From the NCBI RefSeq assembly GCF_035594765.1, contig NC_085843.1:220759971-220823970 (forward strand): a stretch of 64,000 nucleotides of DNA. The letters are read 5' to 3'. Positions 52,070 to 62,390 of the stretch are shown here, one piece after another (within the stretch, counting starts at the first letter, position 1; the number at the start of each line of letters is the position of its first letter). A model generated the notes under the pieces. That model saw only the letters and a program-made list of their open reading frames with translations. It made no database searches and had not been told where the DNA came from. The translations under genes were made by a program, and so were the position numbers. Source of the DNA: Anolis carolinensis. Lineage: Eukaryota.

Positions 52070-53214
52070 GTAAGAAATTGATATTAATTTGTAATCTTTC
52101 TAACATTGGTTATGAGACCAGTGATGTCCTGAAAATAATTGTGAAAGATGAAATGTTACTGCAGTTTCTGGCCACAATCCATTGTGTTACTTCACTTTAA
52201 CCCTACTAATGTCTATTGAGTGGAACGTATTGACCTATGAAGTTGCAAAAGTACATTGATTCGCAGAATGGGTTAAGCTTAATGCGATGTATAATTGTAG
52301 AGCAGAAGTCAAAACAAAAACTGAGAGTCTTATAATTATATGATAAGTGTAGATACCTAACATCCAGACAGCAAGAAATTAAAAAAAATAAAAAGAGAGA
52401 TTTTAGGCAGACCATAAACCAGAATACTACAATTTTGTCTAGCTACAGAAGATAGAAAAAAGTAACAGCTAGCCAGTTATAGAGCGTGAAAAGGTTACTT
52501 TTTTTTTTACTTAAAACTCCCAAAATATCCCAGTCAGCATTATGAGTAGGGATTTTCAGAACTATAATGGAGAAAGTAATTTTTCCAAATTCTGGCCAAG
52601 AAAAAGTGAATTGAGATCATGATGATCTGGGAAAGGAATTGTAGGTTGTTTCTTGTTCTAGTTGGACGTTTTGTTTTTGTGGTCTGATACTCCTCCAGAA
52701 TGTTTGGGTTAGTGAATAGTATTGCTTTGATGGTTCCTGCTTACTAGGGATCCTCCTTTATGTGGAAAGATGTTTACATGGAAAGCTTGTCCACAGTGTG
52801 CTGGTTAGCTGAAAGAGCTTATAGGTGATAGATGTTTCACTGACTTCAGTCAACATGCCTTAAGTTGTAAGTGAAATGCCATCAAAAAGGATTTATGTAA
52901 TAAGAAATAAAGTTTGTTGATTTGTTGTTGATTGTCATCAAGTTGACTTTGGCTTATGGTGACCCCATGAATGAGAGAGCTCCAAGTCATCCTATTATGC
53001 ACAGCTCTACCTAGATCTAGCAGATTCTGGACTGTCTTTCCCTTGATCTATTCATCTCAAATGCAGTCTTACTCTTTTCTGGTTGCCTTCTGCCCTACCA
53101 AGCATTATTGCCTTTTCTAGTGAGTCATGTCTTCTCATGTCAAGCCCAAAGTACAACAGACTCAATTACTCCTACTAGCTTCTAAGGATAATTCAGGCGT
53201 GATTAGCTCTAGAA

Positions 53215-53340
53215 CAGTGGTTCTCAACCTGGGGTCCCCAGATGTTTTTGGCCTTCAACTCCCAGAAATCCTAACAACTGGCTGGGATTTCTGGGAGTTG
53301 TAGGCCAAAACATCTGCGGACCCCAAGTTAAGAACCACTG
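53215..53340. mobile_element. Palindromic hAT MITE, CAGTGGTT family (others 4289-4423, 15158-15283, 39653-39787, ~48955-49088)
   Basis: Hairpin with TIR CAGTGGTTCTCAAC and perfect TSD ctctagaa. Confidence 0.92.
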
Positions 53341-54215
53341 CTCTAGAACTAGTTCATAGCCCGTCTGTAGAAGACTTCTCCAGCATCTCATTTCACATGT
53401 TGATTTTGTTCCTATCAGCTTTCTTCACTGTCCAGCTTTCACAACCTTATATGGAAATGGCATGGATAATAATTCTAACTTTAGTATTCAATTGTATGTC
53501 TTTACACTTCAGGATCTTGTCTAGCTCTTTCATCACTGCCCTTCCAAGTTTTAGCCTTTTTCTAATTTCTTGACTGCAATACCCATTACCTTCCCCAACC
53601 ATGTTGCAAAACTTTAGCACAAGTTTGGAGGTGATTCCAAATGTCAGGCTTCATGGTCAACATTTACTTGGAACCCTGCATTGGAGTATCTGGATCTCAG
53701 TTTTGTGGCTGTTGCAAAACATTGCAAAACAGTTGTAAAACTTTGGTGTGGCTTGGAGGTGATTCAAAATGTTGTTTGTTTGTAGTAAATAGAGTTTGAG
53801 CAAACCTTGATGTTAGGGGAGGCATACATTAGTGTAAGGTCAACAGGACCAGTCATACCCTTATTCTTTACATTGGATTGTTTTCACAACTGCTGACCCT
53901 GCATGGTCTTTGCTCCAAATAAATCAGCACAGCAATATATCTTTAGGAGAGCTGTAAAGAGAAAGGTTAAGGGTCTGACAATGGGAGGCAAGTCAACTGT
54001 AGCTACTGTATATTGTAGTTGCGGTGCTTAGAATCATAGCAGAATTAACTGCATGATATAGCTATATTTTCAGGACGCAAAGCAGATTGTCCTCTATTAG
54101 TTTAATTGTTTTTTTTTCACTTTTGTGAGTGTCTGGTTTATGTTTAACTATTGCCACCTTGACTCCCAAACTGGGGAGAAATAAACAATGAGGATGATAC
54201 CATCTTGTGAACCTA

Positions 54216-54437
54216 GGATGCATCCACACTGTAGAATTAATACAGTTCTAACACCACTTTAACTGTCTTGGCCCAATGCTATGGAATCATGGGAACCGCA
54301 GTTTTGTAAATCTTAAGTTTTCTCTTTCAAAGAATGCTGGTGCCTCATCAAATTACAAACCCAATGATTCCATATTATTGGGTCATGCCAGTTATAGTGG
54401 TATAAAACTGCATTAATGCTACAGTGTAGATGCACCC
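54216..54437. mobile_element. Palindromic MITE, GGGTGCATCTACAC family, probably Harbinger (others ~640-790, 19452-19620, 21855-22185, 24320-24772, 34972-35190, 36208-36533)
   Basis: Long inverted arms ...cactttaactg...aatgctatggaatc... recurring at several loci. Confidence 0.75.
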
Positions 54438-57183
54438 CAGGTCTTCCTCACTCTCCACTGGCTTTTTGGTTTATATTAGTTATTTAGTCTGAACAATAAG
54501 GTGTAGCTATTTGATCACTTGAATATTGTACAGTTCTGTAGACCACAGTTCAAATCCTTGCTTATCCATGGAGACCCACTGGGTTATCTTGAGTAAGTCA
54601 CACACTCTCAGCTTCAGAGGAAGGCAGAGTCAACCCCTTTTTGAACAAGTCCTGGCAAGAAAACCCCATAATGGGTTTGCCCACCTTAGAGTCAACGTAA
54701 GTACGTATTGAAGGCATACAGCAGCAGCAATAATAGAGTAGTGCTTGAGACAATGAAGTTGCCTCTGTCATCCAACCGTAAAGATTTTTGGAGCTAAAGG
54801 GGGAAAGGTGCTCAGAATCACTATACTGGCTTCATAGGTTTCCTCTTCCAGGCATTACTGCTTTTGGCAGAGCTTTGAACATCATTGAAAATTATTGTTC
54901 CTGCTACTGCTGGAATTGCTGAGTCTAAAGTAATTTATTTCCTCTAAGTATCTCTTTGAATTACTTGCTTTCTGTTACTTAAAAAAAACACCTTAGAACC
55001 CATGAGAGAAAAACAGAAATAGGAATTTCCTTTTTACTTTTTTTCTATTTGTGGTTTGCTTTAACTTCATGTATATAAATTTTTAATAAAAAAACTTTAA
55101 GAAGAGAAAGGTAGAAAATGCAAATTATGTTAAAATGTATCTATAATACTCTTTAAGAGTAATTGGCACTTGTTAGATTGGGACTTCGTTGCTCTTGTTA
55201 TTCCTGCCCCTTGATCCCCAAAATGCTTGTTAAAGAAAGCTACATTATTGTAGTTTGCTATTTCCAAATTCTGGAAATAACAAATGAAGGCTGGAGTGGA
55301 AGCCCTCCCAGGAAAAGGCTGTATCCTTCCAGGCTGCTGAGTCCATTTGGAGAAGAGGAAATCACCTAGAAATTAATCAATAGGGAAATGTTAAACAGCA
55401 AAGTAGTACCATTAATCCACAGATCAAAACTCGATTAATGATGGAATACATAAATTAGCCCATTCATCCTAGCATCCTTCTACTTACAATATAATGTATA
55501 ACTGTTTATTTTTTAAAAAAATATTTAGTGAACAGATATCTGCAAGAAAAGAATGGCAGGAGTTGAGTGAGGAAGCAATTAATGCAAGGAGTATAAAAAA
55601 AAGGTTTCAGCAGCGGCCAGTTCAAGAAAAGGATAAATGCTAGCTTTTCTGTCAATCTTTTTTTCAATCTAAACATGCTCTCCTTGATATCTCCTGACCT
55701 TCCCATTGTATTGTGGCTTTGCTTCTTCACCCTTTTCTTTAAGCCGCCTTTCTGCCTTTTTAATGAGCTACCCCCTATTCTTTAACATCTTTTTGGCTGT
55801 CAGTTTCATTTTCCCGGGCCCTTATATACGGGAGAAATGGTGTGTATTTTGTACCTTGAATATAATGCTCTTGAATTTATGAATCTGCCCCTGTCTCTTC
55901 CCATTTATATTGATGGCAAACACTTTTTCGTCTTAAGAAATGCAGACAGTTGTGTCAGCAGAGTTACTGCTGCAGCTTGGTGCAAACAGATGGAGGGATT
56001 TCTTGTACTTTAGAGTAAAATATTTCCTCAGTTAAATATTGTTCAAAGATGCGTTCCTGCTTCTATATGGAAAAAGGGAGAAACTGAAGATCCGATTTGC
56101 AATACAAATATCTAGCCAACGTCTTTTGCATCCCAGGAGAGACAAGCAGGAGAATTTGGCTGATACTTTTACTCTCAACCTGAACTGTGTGCCAAAATCT
56201 CAAGACTTCTCATTTGTACCTAATTTTATTTGTTCACATCAGCATACAGGTACTGAATTGACTGTTTGGTTATATATGTAATTTCAGAACTTGTCATATT
56301 TTTGTAGTGCATTTTATGTTCCCAAGATGTATTTTATTGAGATTGCATATACAGGGGGGAATCTGGAGCCTTTCGTTGAGCAGCTGTGATATATCAGATT
56401 TAATAGATCAATCTCATTCGTGTTTTCTCAGAAATAAGTACCATTGTTTATACTGTGAGCTTTCTTTTGATAAATGTGCATAGGACTGTATCCCAAGGCT
56501 GCAACTATGTGCATGCTTTCTTGATAAATTTCACTTGAGGAAAGTATGCCAAAAATATGGGTAAATATGCAAACAGTTGACTTCTACCATTTTTTCAGAT
56601 TTTGCCACAAAGCCCTGGCTCTGAATAGAAAAGGATTTTAAATGCCCACATAATCCACCACAATTTATGATTGTATGTGTCTACATACATACAATAAAAT
56701 GTACTGGAACAATTGTGATGTGTATTTCACATATATGTGAAAATGCTTCATACTTTGGGAAAGCATCATGCACAAAGTGGCTTTTTAAAAAATCAGTTCA
56801 AGTAACTCCACATGTGACAACTCCAAGATCACACTGAGCACATTGTCTGAATTTAAGTCACTTGCTAATTCTCTTCCCACAGAAGCAAGAGAAGTATGGG
56901 ATGTGTACAAAAGGCCGTACACGCCTGTTATTGTTGTGTGCCTTCAAGTCATTTCCGACTTATAGCAACCCCAAGGCAATCCTATAATGGAGGGGTTTTT
57001 TGCAAGATGTTTTCAGAGGGGGTTATATAGAAATATAGAACTGTGTAGTTGGAAAGATCCCCAGGAGTCATTTGATCCAAACTGCAGGACTCCATATCTA
57101 AAACATCACCAATAGATGCACTTTAGCACTTACTTAAATGGAGAGTCCTTCACAGTCTGATGTAGGCTGTTCCAGAGCTGTAG

Positions 57184-57222
<39 letters not shown>

Positions 57223-59029
57223 TAAGGGTTCAATCTCCCTACACAAAATCTGTCAGGTAAAAAACCCAGTTTACTCATGAATTTAACTGGTTAACCATTT
57301 CATGAATAAACCAGATTTTTTTTAACCTGATACATTTTGGGGGGGGGGGGGGTGTTGAACCTGGCTACGGCCCTAGTCTGTTCCATTGTATCTTACCACA
57401 GCTCTGATTTTTTCCCCCTAATGTTTAATGAGAATAAATTAGAAATTGCAACCAGTGCTATGCTTGTATGAGAAGAATAGCTTTTCCTTGTGTTTGGGAA
57501 TTATGATTTACCTTGTTGTGAGTAGAACATAGCTCTGTATAAATGGACAGGAAAGATTCTGTAAACTGGAAAAGGAGCTTCTTGCATAGGAGCTTGCCTT
57601 GATAAGCGTGGGAAAAGTAGTTGGCAGTAAAAGTGTAGATTTCTTTGGAAGGCTAGATTAGCAAAAACAAACTTGGGGAATTTTGTCTAGTGTCTATTGT
57701 GATGCAGTAGTCTTTATCTGAAATAAATAAAGAATTTATTCTATAAATAAGAATCTTAGAGAAATTTATCTGTTAATGTCAGTGGGGTTGAAGTTCAAGA
57801 CAAGGTCTAAGATTTCCAGTGAAAAAAATCAAAAGTAAATAAATAAGTGAGATGAATACATATTTATCCTAATCCAAATAATATGTATGGCTCAAAGGTC
57901 TGAATCAATAAAGCATTGGGGATTTCAGCATAAAGCAGAAATTATGGTAATATTTTTGCACGGTGCTTCTAACTGTTTAGCATGCTTCACATGAACAGTA
58001 TTGTCTAGCTGTAATCCATACATCTCTACATGCTGTAAATCATTCTTCTAAAACCAAGTAATATCCTGATGTATTGAATTACAGTTCCCATCATAGTCTT
58101 CTGGAGGACGATGGGACTTGTAGTACAGCACTTATTGAGAGCAGGTTGCCTAGTTCGTCACATATGTGAGGCCTACCAGAGATTTAAGTTTTTCTTGATT
58201 CAGAATGAACAAATTAATATTTCTAAACCACCATACCAGCAAGGGTTTTGTTGCTGATTTTTATCTTCCCTGACTTTGTTGCTGTGTACCTTTCCGACTT
58301 ATGTTGACTCTAAGGTCATGTAATAGATAATGTCTAAATCCCCCTCTCCCTGCCATAGAAATGAAAAATATCATAGTAAACTGGAGTATGAGTGCTCTAG
58401 AACAGGGCTTCTTAAACTTTATCCACTCATGACCCCTGGTGTGAGAGAATTGGCCATCTGCAAGGATGTTGCCCACAGGATGCCCGGATGTTTGATGTTT
58501 TACCATCCTTGTAGGAGGCTTCTCTCATGCTCCTGCATAGTGAGCTAGAGTTGGCAGATGGGAACTCACCCCGATTCCTAAATTCGTACTGCCGACCTTT
58601 CGGTCTGCAGTCCTGCCGGCACAAGGGTTTAACCCACTGCGCCACTAGGGGCTCCAGCAATTGACATGGGAAGGAGGGACAGCTTGAACACAATATATAT
58701 ATATATATGAACAGTCACATTTCACAGGCACACAAAAGCTGCAGGTCCCACACCACGCTGGGAATGAAATCATAGAGTTGGAGGAGACCTTGTGGATTAT
58801 CCAGTCCAAACTCATTCTGCCAAGAAGTAGGAAAATTATATTAAAAGCACCCCTGATAGATGGCCATTCAGCCTCTGTTTAAAAGCCTCCAAAGAAGCCT
58901 CCACCACACGCTGGGACAGAGAGCTCCACTGCTCTTTGTCTCTTTCCTCAGGAGGAACTGTCACTTCGAAGCAAACTGTGCTTTGGCAGCAGCTTTGGAT
59001 TGCAGCCTTCATAAATGACATGTCAACCA

Positions 59030-60360
59030 CCTTACAGTGCATTATAGGAGTCTACACTTGACCATGAGAGTATACACTGACCATATAATGCAGTCTAGGA
59101 GTCTACACTCACCATACACTTGACCTTACAGTGCATTATAGGAGTCTACACTTGACCATGAGAGTATACATTGACCATATAATGCATTATAGGAGCTTAC
59201 ACTTGACCTTACAATGCATTATGAGAGTATATACTGACCATATAATGCATTCTAGGAGTCTACACTCACCATACACTTGACCTTACAGTGTATTATAAAA
59301 GTCTACACTTGACCATAAGAGTATACACTGAACATATAATGCATTATAGGAATGTACACACACCATACAATGCATTCTAGGAGTCTACACTTGACTTTAC
59401 AATGCGTTCTAGGAGTCTACACTTGACCTTACAATGCATTATGAGGGTATACACCAGGCATGATCAAACCTGGGCTCTTCAGGTGTTTTGAGCTTTAACT
59501 CCCACAATTCCTAACAGCTGGGAGTTGAAGTCCAAAACACCTGGAGGGCCCAAGTATACCCATGCCTGGTATACACTGACCATATATTGCGTTCTAGGAG
59601 TACACTGACCATACAATGCATTCTAGGAGTTATTGATCATATAATGCATTCTAGGAATACACTTGCCATAAAATGCATTCTAGGAGTCTGCACTGACCAT
59701 ACAATGCATTCTAGGAGTCTACACACACCATACACTTGACCTTACAATGCATTATGAGGATATACACTGACCATATAATGCATTCTAGGCAGTACTGACC
59801 ATATATTGCATTCTAAGAGTACACTCACCATAAAATGCATTCTAGGAGTCTGCGCTGACCATACAATGCATTCTAGGAGTCTACACTTAACATACACTTG
59901 ACCTTCCAATGCATTATGAGGGTATACACTGACTGTATAATGCATTCTAGGAGTTATTGAACATATAATGCATTCTAGGCAGTACTGACCATATATTGCA
60001 TTCTAAGAGTACACTCACCATAAAATACATTCTAGGAGTCTGCGCTGACCATACAATGCATTCTAGGAGTCTGCACTCACATACACTTGACCTTGCAATG
60101 CATTCTGAGGGTATACACTGACCATATAATGCATTCTATGAGTTACTGATTATATAATGCATTCTAGGAGTGCACTTGCCATAAAATGCATTCTAGGAGT
60201 CTGCGCTGACCATACAATGCATTCTAGGAGTCTACACTCACCATATACTTGACCTTGCAATGCATTATGAGGGTATACACTGACTATATAATGCATTCTA
60301 GGAGTTATTGAACATATATTGCGTTCCAGGCGTTACTGACCATATGATGCATTGAAACTG
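59030..60360. repeat. Satellite/minisatellite, ~27-30 bp monomers with 162/189-bp higher-order period
   Basis: Core actgaccata(t/c)aatgcattctaggag. Marker variant aatgcatt(a/c)tgagg at 59746, 59908, 60097 and 60259. Confidence 0.93.
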
Positions 60361-60379
60361 CATTAGAGAGCAGTGTAGA

Positions 60380-61250
60380 GTGTGTCCTCCCCCCTCCCCC
60401 CTCCCCGAAACATTCCAAACAACTGCCACTTGTGGCGCGCGGGGAGAGCCAGTTCCTCCCTCGTATCTCGCTGTCAAGCGGTCTCGAGCCCCCTCCCTCT
60501 TCCTCCTCCCCCTCCCCCTCCTGCTTTCCCTTATCGCTCGCTCTGAATGGGCTCCGTCACGCGCGCGACGTGAGGCGTGGGCTGCTGCTCTTCCCCCTCC
60601 CCGCGCAGACAGTGTCCCCACGTAACCCTCGTCTCAGAGAGAGAGAAGGAGAAAGCACCCTACTAACGCGCTGCCTCTTCCCTTATAGAGTCAAAAGGCA
60701 CTTCCGTGTGTGTGTGTGTGTGTGGAGACAGACTGGCCCCCTCGAAGGCTGGAGGAGGAGGCGGAGGCCGAGCCCACAGAGGCTCCCCTTTGTTTGGGGG
60801 AAAAGGGCTGGGCGGACTTCGTGGAGGGGAGGGGAGGGGGAGGGGCGCGTGAGGCGAGGGAGTGGAATCCCGGCGCTCCCATTGGCTGGGCCCTTCCTGG
60901 AGGCCTTTCCGTGCCTGAGGCGCCTGTGGGGAAGGAAGGAGGGGGGGGAAAGAGGGAGGGAAGGAAGGAGTGGGGAGGCATGCCCGGCACGTCCCCAGCG
61001 CTGGCAGCAGGCGAAGCGGCTCGCCCTTGCGCCTCCTTGTAACACAACAAGCGACACCATGGCCGCAGACCCCCGAACGCGGCGCCCCTGTGGAGGCTCC
61101 TTCTGCAGGAGGAGGCAAGATGGCTACCTTCTTGTGGCTCTGCCCGCCCAGGATGGAGCCCGGCCTCGCTAGGCGTCCTCTCCGCGCGGGGCGGGCGGGC
61201 AGCAGGACCGCTGGTGGGTGCCCTTCTCCCCCCTCTCCTTCTTCCCCACC
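60380..61250 (+). promoter_or_regulatory. TET1: Intragenic CpG island; candidate alternative (short-isoform) TET1 promoter
   Basis: Dense CpG with GC boxes, reverse CCAAT at 60881, ETS-like CACTTCCG at ~60699 and YY1-like CAAGATGGC at 61116-61124. Lies directly upstream of the 54-bp exon. Confidence 0.75.
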
Positions 61251-61391
61251 TTTTTGAAGTTCTGCCCTCTTTTCCTCAACAACAACAACAACAATAATAA
61301 TAATATCCAAACTGTATTATGAGAACTGTCAATATTTTGTTGGTGCCTCAAAAGACTCACCCTCTGCCCTGTCTTTGGTGTCTCCTTCTAG

Positions 61392-61445
61392 GTGCTCACT
61401 GACAACAAAAGGCCTCAGAAGAGGAAGGAGGAAAGAGTTTTGAAG
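61392..61445 (+). CDS. TET1: TET1 second coding exon (54 bp, 'exon 3')
   Basis: Polypyrimidine tract plus tag|, and donor AAG|GTAATC. Encodes VLTDNKRPQKRKEERVLK, matching the 18-aa mammalian exon VIKENKRPQREKKPKVLK (recalled). Phase 0/0 fits the preceding exon. Confidence 0.93.
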
Positions 61446-62172
61446 GTAATCTTTCCATTGGTTGCGGACCAGTTATGTCAGGCATGGGCAAACTTCGGTT
61501 CTCCGGGTGTTTTGGACTTCAACTCTCACAATTCCTAACAGCCTACCGGCTGTTAGGAATTGTGGGAGTTGAAGTCCAAAATACCTAGAGGTCTGAAGTT
61601 TGCCCATGCCTGAGTTGCACAGATCTGGTTGTCTCTGTCCTGGGATAGAAAGTGCAATGCTCTTTTGACCCCCCCCCCCCCCAAATGATGCTGGAGTGGT
61701 AATGTTATTGTGGAGATTGGCATCCCTTTTCCATGTGGTTAAAACCTAACGTCTCCTCATAAGCTGGCTGACATGTCATTTATGAAGGCTGCAGTCCGAA
61801 GCTGCTGCCGATGCAAAGCACAGTTTGCTTTGAAGTCACATTTGCGCCTGAGAAAATATTTGCCCTGGAAGGAAAAGAGAGCTGTTCAGCAGTGGAGCTC
61901 TCTCTCTGCCCCAAAGTGTGGTGGAGGCTCCTTCTTTGGAGGCTTTTAAACAGAGGCTGGATGGCCATCTGTCAGGGGTGCTTTGAATGCGATTTTCCTG
62001 CTTCTTGGCAGAATGGGGTTGGACTGGATGATCCACAAGGTCTCCTCCAACTCTATGATTCTATGATTTCATTGCCAGTGTGATGCGGGACCTGAAACTT
62101 TTGTGTGCCTGTGAAATGTGACTTCGTATATATTTTGTGTTCAAGCTGTCCCTCCTTCCCATGTCAATTGCT

Positions 62173-62390
62173 GGATCCCCTGGTGGCGCAGTGGATTAAA
62201 CGCTTGTGCCTCCAGGACTGCTGACCGAAAAGTCAGCAGTTCGAATTCAGGTAGCGGGGTGAGCTCCCATCTGTCAGCTGTAGCTCCCATGCAGGGACAT
62301 GAGAGAAGCCTCCTACAAGTATGGTAGAACATCAAACATCCAGGCATCCTCTGGGCAATGTCCTTGCAGATGGCCAATTCTCTCACACCA
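62173..62390 (+). mobile_element. Second Sauria-head SINE family (Squam2/ACASINE2-like), 3'-truncated; mirror copy at 58437-58655 (-)
   Basis: Sauria-like tRNA head with a different body (GAGAGAAGCCTCC...GATGGCCAATTCTCTCACACC). Confidence 0.75.

Larger units (their letters stand above)
58437..62390. repeat. Composite inverted duplication: arms 58437-59034 and 61760-62390
   Basis: Colinear reverse-complement match across the SINE, unique spacer, CR1 tail and unique flank. Confidence 0.93.

Noticed and set aside
55380-56150. Possible conserved enhancer in the TET1 intron
   Set aside because: Repeat-free, but conservation cannot be judged from one sequence.
59030-60360. CRISPR-like array
   Set aside because: Eukaryotic context; degenerate contiguous monomers with no unique spacers.
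60298-61360. Long overlapping ORFs (up to 246 aa) on both strands
   Set aside because: Stop-poor GC-rich CpG island; low-complexity translations with no recognisable domain.
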